A stretch of 64,000 nt of DNA from Obrimoposthia wandeli (lineage: Eukaryota). Both the position numbers and the translations under genes were made by a program. The stretch covers positions 62,001 through 126,000 of the forward strand of contig CDROCS010001545.1 in assembly GCA_977020255.1 (NCBI GenBank). Direction: 5' to 3'. Each line of letters begins with the position of its first letter. Within the stretch, counting starts at the first letter, position 1. Of the stretch, positions 25,030 through 37,789 are shown one piece after another. The notes below the pieces were generated by a model. It was given only the letters and a program-made list of their open reading frames with translations. It did no database searches and had not been told where the DNA came from.

Positions 25030-25935
25030 TATATGTTGCGTTGAATGTACATAATCACAAATAAATAATTTATATCTGTTTTATAACTATTTTTAACATT
25101 CTTTTAACACCATGAGATTGTTTTTTATTGTATATAAAATATTTTTTAATAAATTTTTAATTTTATAGATTTATTTAAAAATTTAAATATTAAAAAAAAA
25201 TTTAAATAACTCGAAAGAGCTAAAATTACAACCAGGCTAATTGAAGCAAGTAAAGAATCAATCCACTATAATTTTTATAAAAAAGATTAATAAGAAGTTT
25301 AGATAATACATATTGTAGAATTTTATTTTAATTTATTCCAGTAAATTCCAAGAAATTGAATTAGATGTTTGATAGAAGGTCATTGGTGGAAGTTATGAAA
25401 TTGCTATATCTAGTGGTAATTTAAAGAGCCGTTTTAGCAGAAATCAAGTCGAACATGTAACAATAGACTGATTGTACCTGAAAATGTAATTTCTCTGAGA
25501 TCGGTTGTAAAAGAGCAGTCGATAGGGGATGGCCAAAGGTACATTAAATGCTTTTGCAAGGGAGAATGTGTTACAAGACGATGTATATGTGTAAAAATGA
25601 ATTTAAAATGCAATTTAAGATGTCATAATTCACTTATCTGTAGAAATAAATATATTAATATTTTGTTCTTCTTTATTAAGACATTGGATATTAAAGATTC
25701 AAATTATAAATTAATAAATATTTATTAAAAAATATTGAATCATTAAAATCAAATACTTTTTATTTAAAAAATTAAATATTTATAGTTATAAATTAAAATT
25801 TATAATTTAAATTCTCGTATCTAATTAATTTTAAAAAAATAAGTAGAAATATTAATTAAAATAATGTTAAAAAATAGTTATAAAACAGATATAAATTATT
25901 TATTTATGATTATGTACATTCAACGCAACATATAT
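25030..25935 (+). mobile_element. Internally deleted DNA transposon with inverted repeats and a Cys-rich transposase C-terminus (KRBA2/SCAND3-like)
   Basis: ~70-bp inverted repeat at 25030-25100 and 25863-25935. The centre encodes GDGQRYIKCFCKGECVTRRCICVKMNLKCNLRCHNSLICRNK* (25525-25652). True ends not resolved. Confidence 0.6.
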
Positions 25936-28179
25936 TTTGAAATACTAATTATATTCTAATTATTTTATCTAAATTTAAAGTAATTTTCTACATGATTATT
26001 CTCTTATTATTTATTGAATTAAAATTGTATCAGTTTGAGCTAGCAATGCATGAGTATGTCGTCATGTATTAGGCGACCCTATTCGTAGCGACAAAGTACG
26101 TGTTTGTTTATTTGCCTATTGATAATCATAACCTTGTACAAACTAATGATTCAAAGAAAATTTTACATAAACGTAGATTTAACATTTAAATATACTTTTT
26201 CCGACTCGTTATGAAAATTAATTGCACTATACATCAAACTTTTACTAAAACTTCAGGAAATATCTCATTCAATATTTTAGATGATTTCATAGAAAATTAA
26301 AATAAAACTTTGTGCAATTTAAGGTTAATTATTATTATAATTTACTTTACAATCAAATTTATATCTGCAGTTTCAAAATCAAATTGTCTTAAGGAGTACT
26401 TTTATAAATGATTAGCTATTTAATTATTATAAAAAAAATTAATTTGTAAAATTTAAATTGAGCTCTAATCAAAAAGCTAAAACAAACTAGAGTGAAAAGT
26501 AAATTAAAAAATAATTAAAAAAAAGTATAAATAATGATAATTTTTGGTTTCTAAAAATTATTTTTTTACCGAAATAAAATTTAGAAATATTTGGGAATTA
26601 CATATTTTACAATATGTTTTGGCATTGGATAGTTGGATAAAAAAAATTAAATTTTCTATTACTAACATTAGAAGCAAATAAAAGAAAATAACTCAGATGT
26701 TTGAATAACTGTTTATTTATTATAACGAGTTGTATTTAACTGAAAATTTACTGTTAAATAATAAAAGTAACTTGTTCCATTTCATTTCAATTAGAAACAA
26801 ACAGATCTTTGATGACAGGTGCATATTTTGAAGATCTGACCACCAGTCCACTTACATAAGCCTCAAAGAGCCCAGTCCCAGATCCTCTGGGAACTTATAT
26901 GGCAAATCGGGCCCAGAAGAAGCTTCAGTATCGATCGGTGAATTGTGGAGTTGTCAGAGGCACGGCACGTGTCAGAGTAGCTAACTAGAGAGGACTAATC
27001 AGGCATTAAAGAAGCACCAAACGTAAACTGATAGCCCAAGTCTCCAGGGGGTTCAGAGGCCTAATGCATCTTGCCAGATATTAAAATGTGTATCAGCCGT
27101 GGCTTGCTTGGTCAAAGGGAAAACCTGATTTTAGAAATGAACGAAGGAGCGAAAGTAAAAATACAGATAGAAGCACAGAAAGAGGAAGAGAAATAGTTCC
27201 AAAGAAAACTGCAATCCAATGAAGTTTAGGAGGAGAGAAAGTTTTGCGTACAAAAGACGCAACTTTGCTTATTCTTCCTGTACTTTTTTGTCTTAGGAGA
27301 AGCCGTGTAAAATAGACACAACGGTGGCTTGGAGTTTCCGATATATTGTTCAGAAGCAAGGAGATAGCAGAAGGCTAATCTGTTGAAACTCTCAGAAGTA
27401 TTAACTCCATATCACTCAATCTCTCTCTCTGGTGACTGTGTTGGTGCTGTTTGTCGCTAAAGTTTCAATTAAAGCCCCGATTTTACTAATATTACGAGAG
27501 TTAATACCTTTTAGTAATTTCGATTTTTGCCATCACATCTCAAGTTGAATTCGTATTTTTGTCAGCCTGTGTCACAGCCTTACTGTATTCCTTACTGAAC
27601 TACTTCTAATGACTTCGCACTGCTCTCACCACAGACCTTTGCAATCTTAATCCGTTAATGTGTTTCTGTTACTGCTACTTACACTGATGAGATGGATCGA
27701 CCCAGAGACCGAGAGAATGCGTGACAAAAGTGCCGTGGGTTTAATGATACATTTCGGTTCTTTTTTTCAAATTTATATTTAAAAAATCGTTTAACATTTT
27801 ATTTATTTAAACCTAAAAAAAGTGTTGAGTTATGATAAAAATAAATAAATTATGAAATGAAGTTAAAATTAAGTTTTATCGTAATCATCAATATTTTAAT
27901 AAAAGATATGGACAAATAAACTTGTGTTTTTAATAAAATATCATTAAATATTTCTGCGATTATAAGCACATATTTTTATTTAACAAAAGTCATCCTACAT
28001 CTTCAGCAAGATAATACTTTACTGATTATTGATGATTTCAAACTAATAATACCCGAAGGGAAAGTTAACATTGGTTCTGTTCAAAAATACTGGGTTACTA
28101 ACGATGGGCCATAAGTGATGTATTACAGCGCAGATCAACCATTATCATCATATACAAAGCGTTTACCCTCCTCGGAATG

Positions 28180-28310
28180 AAAGTTGCTCCATTGAATACT
28201 GCGAATGTAGAACAAAGTATTAGAAGGTATTGAGAATTATTGACTTTTCGTCAACAAAGATTCATCGAAGATTTGCTGATGAAACATGTTTCTGTGCAGA
28301 TAAATTAAAA
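28180..28310 (+). mobile_element. hAT transposase C-terminal relic
   Basis: APLNTANVEQSIRRY*ELLTFRQQRF resembles the AP.TS..VERSFS.Y...L..RR..F dimerisation motif. Confidence 0.4.
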
Positions 28311-31049
28311 TGTATAAATTTTATTATTTTTTCAATAATTGTGCATGTTTTTATACTTTTTGCAATTCTGTTCATTTTGTATTACGTAATTTGACATTAG
28401 TAGTTTTGTTACACAATATATAAAGTACTTTATTTAAAGTTTTGACTAAATTAAGTAAAATAATATAATTGCAATTCAGTAACAATTTTATTAATTAGAA
28501 AAATATATTTTAAATGTTTTAATTTTAAGTTAGTTTCCAAAGTTTTGATCAAGACTGTGTTTTGGAATTATTCTTTATTACGTTTTTACTTATTTATTGA
28601 ATACAGAAAAACTGCTCTCAGCTTAATACAATGTTTTTTTATATGACTGTTGCATGTGCATCACTTTATTAATTTGACAAGTTTTTGTCATATTTTCATC
28701 GAGCACACAACTATTTGTTTTGATTTTATTCATTAATAATTTTTCCCATTTCGGAGAATGAGATTTCATATTTTGAAATGACTTTTGTTAAATTTTTGTC
28801 TTCCATTTTAAAATATTTCTTAGAAACACGAAAGAAAGGCTTCATTTTATGTAACATTTCAGAAGGATGTTCTTTGCAGGATAAGTCATAAATTATATCA
28901 TCGAAATAAATTTGATTGAAATATGTCATAAAAATTTTGAAAATTAAATGTACTTAAACGAATATAGGAGTAAAAATTGAAATGATTTATTTAGCTAATG
29001 TAAAGTGTATCTAAACTTTGTACGCACTAGCAAAAAACTACGCAACCATAATTCTTATTTATTTAAACATATATTTAAAAATAAGGTAAACGATATCACT
29101 CATAATGTCAAATAATTATTTTCTTGATTTCAGAAATATTTATTTTTCTTATATTTAAATATTATATTTATTGAACATTTTAACTCTATAAAAACTTTAA
29201 TACCATGCATTCTATCTTCTACAACTATATGTTTTAATTTAAACATTTAAGAGTCTCTAAGAAAGTATGCATATATCTAAATGTTCTTTCAAAATAACTC
29301 TTTAATCTGATGAATATTGGGAAGTAATTTCCTCAGACATTTTCAATCACATTTTATTCGAAGGATTTTTTTCCAAAATTCGAATCTCGTTTTCGTCGAA
29401 CCATTCTTTTTGAATATTTGACAGTATGAAGTGGCCGATTCTCTTGTTCAAATAATTGTTTGTTTGTGACGAATATTGGTAAAAGCCATACGTTTAAAAT
29501 TTATTTTAAACTTCGGCATTGATATTCTCTTCAACAAATACCAATAATATTAAGCCAGTTGATAAGACAGCCCACGTAAATTTGTTTTGACTCCTTTCGT
29601 AAATCAGGCCAAAAAAGATGGCATCTTTTTTTCATTCCCAAATTCCAGTAACGATTTTGCGATTCTTACTCGAGATTCCCCATGACCTTCATAACAATAC
29701 AAACTTTCATATAGCATATATTTGCTTGCTTCTTCTAGCGGTCTCTCTTAATGAATGTCCTATGTCGTCCAATTTTGATCTTCTTCTGGTTTCTTTCAAC
29801 ATATATTAAAAGGATAAATCATTTCAACATAATAATCACACTTAAAAGTGACTGTAAGCTTTAATTTGGTCTGAAAGTCTAAGAAAATTTAAGAGTATTT
29901 CGTGTTTAAAAGTAATTTCGGATCTACAGGACAGTAACTTCACCTTATATTTAAATCTCTAATACACACACACACACATATATATATACATAAAAATATA
30001 TTCCGTAAAAATAGTTGTTTTTTCACGTGTTTACAAATTGCATCTCAAAATTCCCTCTTTTTAATTCATATACGCCATCGCTTATAAAACGAAGATAATA
30101 TATGAAAAAAAAAATTAAATTAAAATTGTGTTTTTCGGGAAATACGCTAAATGTACAAGATATCTGAAACGCAGCGTAAACTTCAAGTGAATGGAATCTC
30201 AGACGCATATTCGCGAAATCTCCATTGCGACAAAGGAGACGACAAAAACAACATAAATTCCAACTGATCAACTGTAGAGGAGTTGATGATGGTTCACATT
30301 AGCATCCCAAAAACATTTATCATTGATATCATCACGAAAAAGATGGCACAATTTTGTCTACGAGAAGCTAAATTCGCGAGACCTGTTTTGTGTGTGTGTT
30401 TGTGTGTCGGTGTGTTTGTAGTGGGTCACAAGGGGAGACTGTGCGGTATCTAATCAGAAATATGTCTCAATTGAAAATTTATTTCGCTCTTTTACTGCTA
30501 CTGATGGTGGAGTTCATACAGTAAAATTAATTCGAGATGACATAAGAAATCTTCCAAGCTGACCAGTGACTCCCATATCAAATTGACGAAAGTTGTTCAG
30601 TCTTTGCTGACAATTTCGGTCATTTGTGGAGAGACGCCAGGAGGAGATTTTTTTCTGGACACTTGTGTCTTCATTAATTGCCTCGAGAATTGACTGGGAC
30701 ACGAACATGCGTAATTTTGTCTTGTTTGAGTCGATTTTGAAATGATTTGTAGCTAAAAAACTGTGAGATGTATATTACCAACTAACATAAATCTGGTTAA
30801 AGACTTTTACATATTATTAGTCAACTAATTGCAAAAAATTAAGACAACCATCTCATTGACGAAATTAAAAAGTTTTAAATATTATACACTAAATTTAATT
30901 CAATATTTTAGGTAATGGATATAAAATTATGAAATGCGACTGTTGCATCTCACATTGCATCCGACAAAGATTTACATATCTACATTTTTGTATAAAACTT
31001 TACAAGTTTATACTGTAATAACTTGACTTTTAAAAAGGTTACAGATAAC

Positions 31050-31880
31050 ATAAATATAATAAGCAAAAATAACCAAAAAAGGGTCAAATATTACAATTAA
31101 CAGTTTTTCTGTAATCTTTCTCGAAATGTTTTTATAGCTGTTTTATGTTTTTTAACTTATTCCATTCTTTAAATATTGCATGTTTGAATCTCTCAAAGTC
31201 TTCATAATTTAAATTATTCATTTGATAATTTCCCCGAAACTTTTTCTTTGTAATAAGGTCTGGAGACTTAGACATTTATATTAGACATCATTTATAAGAC
31301 ACTTCAGCATCAAATTAACAAATGTATCTTTATTTATATTGCCATCGATGAATGATATTTTTATCTATTCAAAATTTATTATATACCTTTCATAAATCTA
31401 TTGTTTTCAAAAATAAATTTTCTGCATTTTTCATAAAACTAAAAAAAATATAGGCAAAATCGTTTTTTATCGAAAATCATCATTTTATTTCAATAATTAG
31501 GGCCTAAAAGTATCTTCTTTGAGAACTTGTTTGTAAACTTTTGTAAACTTTTGTGAGTTTTTAATTTTTACATCATTTAAGAAAACTACTTCTTAAATAT
31601 CGTCAGACAGATTGTTTTTCTTGGAATATCAATTGTTCTTGATATCTTTATATACGATGAATTACTTTTTTAATCTATTACAATATAGAGTTTTGATTTT
31701 TAATTATTTTTTAAAGTTCAATTTTTCAAAAATATTCTCTTAAATTATTTGGCGTATTATGACATTTTCTAACCGTTTAGGGTTTCTTTTAATTGATTTT
31801 GATATAAGATTTAAGACATTTTCTTTCTCTACACCATTTTTTAAAGTTTTCAACATTTCCTATAGCTTAACCATTTATTT
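31050..31880 (-). mobile_element. Tc1-like transposase relic
   Basis: SKSPDL and FKHAIFKEWNKL correspond to SPDLNPIE and L..AI..EW..I; heavily decayed. Confidence 0.4.
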
Positions 31881-33520
31881 TTAACATTCTACTTCCTATA
31901 AATGTTTATTATTAAACAAACTTTATAAATCATTTTACCTGTTATAATTTAATCAATAGCAATACAATGAAATTTATAAATATTAATAGGGATATCTTTT
32001 CGGGAGAATCTGAACTTCCAAAGATATTAATTCTAATAATTAATAGTCTTAATCAAAGCTTCTGCGAAATATTTTCACAAAATATACTGAAACTTTATTA
32101 ATTTGAATTTACATTTATTTATCAAGTTATTGAAGTATAATTTAAAAACGTTTGATGTGAAACTAGAGATATTGTGATCTTTCTGAGACTAACCATATAT
32201 TAATAATGAAATCAATCATATTGATCAGTATATTAAACACTCTTTGTCGTGTATACATTATATTACATATTCAAATATATTAAAAAAATTTAATATTTTC
32301 TTTTTGTAACTGATTAAAATATGGATGTTTAATTTTCTAAATCGCTTTGGAATCAAAATCTGATTGATGTTTACAAATCATAGTTTAAAGTTCTATCTTT
32401 TCCAGTTATATAAGTGGGTAGTTGTCTGGTCTAATCTACACTATATTCAATTGCTCGAGCAGTTTACAACCGCCAAATTGAAAGATAGAATTATTGAATT
32501 TATAAAGAGCGAGTTAGAGCATGTGACTGTGATTCTTGGCCTACCATTTAGATTAAAATAGCTTCTGAAATTCTCAACAGAACTTATTTTAAACTTACTG
32601 ACACTGAATAAGTTCTCCCGTTTACCGACTGTACCATACCAATGTCAATAACTCACTATAAAATACTTCATTAAAATTTATTATATTCTAAAGGTAAAGT
32701 CTACATGTTTTTACAAAAACTTAAAGCACAATCGACTCTCCCACTCACCTTCAGAGTGTGAAATGGATTTTGAGCCCATTTGAGAGTCCTAAAACTGTGT
32801 AGCTTCAAGTGCGTTCTGTGAGGTCTAAGGGTTATCACGGCCTGTGGAGTAGTATATAGTGTCGGTACTAAACCAAAGGAACCTAGCCCCTCCCCGAGGT
32901 AGGGGGGGCGGCTAGGTTCCTTTGGTTTAGTCCCAACACTATAGTGGCTTAAAACATTTCTGTATACTGTCATTTTTTCGAAAATGTCGTTAAAATGTCG
33001 AAAGTTTAGACATAATGTCGTTAAAAATTGTTTAAATTGGCTTAAAATGACTCAAAAAATTTCTGGTGTTGTTAGCATGATTTTGAGACTTGACAAATCA
33101 CGCATACTAAACCAATGGTAATAGCCCCCCTCCGGGGAGTGGGAACCTTTTACTGCAAAACCATTTTTGGCGTTGTATGCGTGATTTCAAGACCTATTTT
33201 CACATATGGCGCTAAATATCTTACCGTTTAAAACAAAAAGTGATTTCAAGACCATTTTAAAATATGGCTCTAAATATCTTGCCGTTTAAAACAAGAGTAG
33301 ATTTTGAGTAGATTTTAAGTGGTCAAAGTCTCCCTTACGGAGCCTCCTAAGAGGGAAGCCCTTCATCCGAAGACCGGGCAGCACCTTTGGCAAAGATTAT
33401 ATTTATATTACTTTTGTTTATAGTTAACCTTTAAAGAATAATAAAATCAATTAATTATTTATTCATATGATAAATAATATTAAAAATAAAATCAATAAAT
33501 CATTTATTCATATGATTACA

Positions 33521-34030
33521 TTAAACTCTCTTAAGTCCTTCAGTAATTCTCCAAATATGCTTCTGTCTCCCGAGTCTATCGAATTTGAATCCTTGAATTT
33601 GAATAAATAAAATTCAATATTTGCTTTTAGAAATTTCTTCTTCAGAGTAAGTATATATTCCTTTAAACATATGTTCATCAGCTTTAATAAAAGCACTAAA
33701 GTTTTCAATTTTGATATCTAATTTCCTTCTTCGGAAAATAGCATTGATATTGTTAATATCATTTTGATGGATCCTTGAAATGACATAGTCAAACTTGGAC
33801 TTTGTTAGCATAACAGGGTATTTTAATCCAAAGGTAACAGGCATCTTGAGAAAGTTCATTGTATAACTGAAATAAGGTACAGATTCTTTGAATAGGTCTT
33901 CTGTTTCTCCATTAAAAATATCCTCTAATTCTGTATCATCAGAATCTATCTGTACAACTTTGCTTGTATTTAAAATTTCATTCTTCCTCTTCTTTGTGCT
34001 CTTCAAAATCGGTTTTTGTAAATTGAACAT
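33521..34030 (-). pseudogene. Polinton accessory ORF of unknown function with one premature stop
   Basis: 138-aa ORF (33614-34030) continues in frame past TGA as ILFIQIQGFKFDRLGRQKHIWRITEGLKRV*. The same stop is present in the mirror copy. Confidence 0.55.
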
Positions 34031-34151
34031 GATGAATGAGAGTAAACTGAAATGTTTCGGTAGTTATAGTTGACTACTTGAATCTGATTGGTTGATTCTC
34101 ATTGGATAATTTGAAACTATATATGTTTGTGACATCATCAATTTTTATACC
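34031..34151. promoter_or_regulatory. Putative bidirectional promoter
   Basis: 121 bp between divergent ATGs (34030 and 34152), with two ATTGG (CCAAT) boxes at 34087 and 34101 and a TATATAT at ~34118. Confidence 0.45.
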
Positions 34152-34870
34152 ATGATGAAAATAATCAATATAAATTATAAAGGTAAATTTAAGGGAAGTG
34201 TTAGTCACTTACTTTTTCGATCAAAGAAACCTATACAACAGCGGTTCCCAACCTTTCTGGTGCGGTGACCCCTTGATAACATTTGCCAAGTTGCGGTGAC
34301 CCCAAGAATATGGGTTAATTGACTATTATAATTAGAGAATAGTGATATTACCGCGAGAATACAACACAAGGACATTCGGTATCATAAAACAACTTTTTAA
34401 AAGGCCTTGTTGCCTTAGGAGACTCCAGGAAAATTGTCAGGCGACCCTTATTGGGACAGGTTGGGAACCGCTGCTATACAATATGTTGAAAAGTTAAAGG
34501 ATTATACTATAGTTATATTTCCAACAGGTATTATTATTATTATTATTAATACTACTATTTAGGTTCATCTAGAATTATGGGTTGCAAACAACCAATCAAA
34601 CATGCTCAAAATATAGAAATTGAACGTATTCAATCTCTAAGTATCCTTGTGAATATCAACAAGAAGGTTAATTTGTATAAGATATCTATGAAAATGGGAA
34701 GAAATTGTATGTTTGAACCAGAATTGTTTCCAGCACTCAGAATTTTAAAATATAATCCTCTATGTGTTAATGTGTTTGCTAGTGGAAAAGTGATTATTCA
34801 TAGTATTAAAGATTTTGATTATCATTGTCAAGTCGAGTCTATTGTATTTTTTCTTGAAAGTTTCTTATGA
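34152..34870 (+). pseudogene. Polinton-encoded TBP (TATA-binding protein)-like gene, two exons, disrupted by a MITE
   Basis: Removing the MITE plus one TSD (34239-34481) and a GT-AG intron (34528-34562) gives an open 146-aa frame with two TBP-like repeats: KIININYKG...YTIVIFPTG|SSRIMGCK and IQSLSILVN...FEPELFPAL...VNVFASGKVII. Confidence 0.8.
34239..34473. mobile_element. hAT-type MITE, 235 bp
   Basis: TIR CAGCGGTTCCCAACCT...AGGTTGGGAACCGCTG; 8-bp TSD CTATACAA (34231-34238 and 34474-34481). Confidence 0.95.
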
Positions 34871-35798
34871 ACAAATATATGTTTTTTAATTTTTTAAAAA
34901 TGCTTGTCAATTATATACTTCATTATATAACTGTTGATGATGTTTTAGTTAGACGAAAAGTAGATTATTCTAGAATGAAAGTTTTACAGTCGAAATATAG
35001 ACGTGAAAGTGAAAGATTAAGATCTTTAATTATGAATTTTAAAGGGAAACAATCTGTACATAATTTAGCTAAAACTGGATTTTATAAACATTATGATGAT
35101 TCAACTGATAAAGTAAAATGTATATATTGTCAAGGTGCAATATCCGAATGGGAATGGTATCTTAAACCAATGAAGCAACATATGAAATCTTTTCCTACAT
35201 GTCCATTTCTTTTAAAGTTAAATGTTTCAAATGTACCAATAATTGAAACTATGGTCAAGCAAATTGATTTTGATACATCACCATTGATTGAAAAGTATAT
35301 GTATCAGATATTGTTGTAAAATTACCTGATATATGATATTCAAAAAAGTTTAAGACCCTATAATGATGCTAATGTTATTTAGAAAAATGAATCAGATTGT
35401 ATAATTGAATATCCTTTAACTACGGAAAATTCGACATGTTGATGGATACCAACAACATCGGATAATTGAAAAGGTTTTTCACGAAAGATAGAATAAAATC
35501 TGTTTTAAAATATAAAATGATGCGATATGGAGAATACAATTCACTATTTGAAATGATTTGTGATTTAAATAATTTAGAAATAAACCCTGAAAAACAATAC
35601 ATAAATATATTTTCATACATGTTAAAAGAACCTGAATGTGTAGTATGTTTGAATAATCATATTGAAGTAGTATTTCTACCATGTGGACATGTAAAATCAT
35701 GTATTTCATGTTCCATAAGGTTACATTCATGTCCAATATGTCGACATATAATTGAAAGGAGAGTAAGAAATGTAAAATTTCATGGTATAAACAATTGA
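34867..35798 (+). pseudogene. Inhibitor of apoptosis (BIR, UBA-like, RING), split by stops and frameshifts
   Basis: BIR: ESERLRS...LAKTGFY...DKVKCIYC...EW...PMKQHMKSFPTCPF. UBA-like: FFTKDRIKSVLKYKMMRYGEYNSLFEMICDL. RING: CVVCLNNHIEVVFLPCGHVKSCISCSIRLHSCPICR. Confidence 0.85.
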
Positions 35799-35992
35799 AA
35801 TTTGATGATGATTTATATAAGAATGGAGAAAAACGATAAATTAATTGATAAAATTGTTCGCACCCATGTCTACAGAGATCTCAAATGGAAAAAGGATTTT
35901 GAAAATTTCATTCAGATTAATCGTTCAAATATGATGTATATAACCTTTTCTGTATCAATTTTTAATTCGTTTTTGGTGTATATATTAATAAA

Positions 35993-36649
35993 ATGCCTAT
36001 AAACAATATTATTATTCTTATTATTATGAAACTTAAAAATGATGCAGTATATCAAATAGTAGGACCTAGTGGTAGTGGTAAAACACATTTTGTAACTAAA
36101 TTATTACAAAACAATCAAATGTTTAATAATCGATTTAATAAATTTTATTGGCATTATGGTGATGTTTGCAAATCCCGGTTAACTAAAAGTGAATTATGTA
36201 AACTTAAAAACATTAAATTTATCAATAGTTTTGATCAAAACTAGTTAAAACGGTTAAAACGTAATGATGTTATAGTAATTGATGACTTGTATGATGAAGC
36301 ACATAAAGAGTCAATCTTTAATAATTTATTTACAAAAATAGCAAGACACAACTGTGTTACCGTAATTTTCATTACTCAAAACCTATTTCATCAAGGCAGT
36401 AAACATATAACACGTAAATTAAACGTATATTACTTGGTTTTGTTTAAGAATCCTCGTGATCAAACGGTTATTGACTATGTTTCACGTCAAGCATTTCCTA
36501 ATAACAAGCAATATTTGATAAATTCATTTCAAGATGCAACTAAAAATCCTCATGGTTACTTGTTTCTTGATTTTACTCAATCATATCCTGATGAATTGAG
36601 AATAAGAACCGATATTTTCAACAAATGTATGGTGTATAAACAAAAATAA
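35993..36649 (+). pseudogene. Polinton packaging ATPase (A32/FtsK-like) with one premature TAG
   Basis: Walker A GPSGSGKT, in-frame TAG at 36242-36244, Walker B VIVIDDL, then RH.....IFITQNLF and YLFLDF motifs. Confidence 0.9.
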
Positions 36650-36788
36650 TATTTCTTTAAAATGAGGATTAATTGGTGCACTTTTACCGATAGTTGCAAC
36701 TTTAATCAGTCCCCTACTTGCTAGAGCTGTTGCCTAAAGTATATGAGAAACAACTTACCTAATTTTGATTTAAAAATAAATTGTTGTA

Positions 36789-37789
36789 ATGGAAACGATA
36801 TGGTACGATCCCGAAGACCCAGTTGGATACAGCGGCGTTGGAACTCTATCAACAAACACTAAGTCGAGCCAAATGAAAACTCAAACATGGTTGAGCAATC
36901 AACTGGCGTACAGTCTGAACAAACCGATGCGAAAAAGGTTCCCGACACGATCGTACAAGACTAGTGGCCTTAATAATTTATGGCAAATGGATTTGATGAA
37001 AATGATACCTTATGCAAGTATAAATAGCGGTTACAAATATATATTAACATGTATTGATGTATTTACTACATTTGGGCGTGCTGAACCAGTAAAATCAAAA
37101 TCCAGTAAAGATATAGATGCTGCCATCAAAAATATGATTGATGTTGTACCCGATAATGTACAAACATATGCTGGAAAAGAGTTTTATAACAAACATGTTA
37201 AAGCACCTTTTGATAAATTAGGAGTAAATCATTATTATGTGTTTTCACACTTTAAAGCGGCCTTGGTTGGACGATTTAATAGAACATTAAGAGATAAATT
37301 AAAGAAACATTTTGTTGTAATTGGATCAAAGAAATGGGTAAAGGTACTACCTAAACTGTTAATTTCATATAATCACTCACCACATCGCGGTTTAGGTGGT
37401 AAGAAACCTATTGATATTTCATTTGATGATTGGTTTTCTCGTAATAAAAATCAATAATAAAGAAACCCAAATACAAAGTTGGAGATTTTGTTTGCATATC
37501 ACGACTAAGTACAACACCTTTTATTAAAAATTTCGATAATAATTGGAGTGATGAAGTATTTGAAATAGCAAAAATCAATTTACATGCAAACCCTGTAATG
37601 TATAACATCATATATGAGTATAAAAGTCCGATATTTTATGAGCAAGAATTACAAGTTATTGATAAACCAAAAGTATATAGGATACAAGAATTCATTAAAT
37701 CTAAAGGTCGAGGTAAGAATAAACAATATTACGTAAAATGGCATGGATATAAAACACCAACATGGATAAATGCGAACCAGATAGAGTAA
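36789..37789 (+). pseudogene. Polinton retroviral-like integrase with C-terminal chromodomain, inactive
   Basis: WQMDL and YILTCIDVF are present. QTD has become QTY and VERFNRTL has become VGRFNRTL. Frameshift near 37455, then KPKYKVGDFV..NWSDEVF and chromodomain YRIQEFIKSKGRGKNKQYYVKWHGY...W. Confidence 0.92.

Larger units (their letters stand above)
32848..36856 (+). repeat. Left arm of the ~4-kb inverted repeat
   Basis: Reverse complement of 41177-45323. Mirrored ORF pairs (e.g. 34577-34870 and 43164-43457). Homology ends at CTCTATCAACAAA (36856), inside the integrase 5' end. Confidence 0.97.

Noticed and set aside
26800-27720. Moderately GC-rich island with short ORFs
   Set aside because: No recognisable motif in any frame I translated; probably a decayed repeat, and I cannot support a call.
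29200-30760. Possible ankyrin-like or exon-like fragments on the minus strand
   Set aside because: Resemblance is weak, frames are broken and no consistent splice pattern was found.
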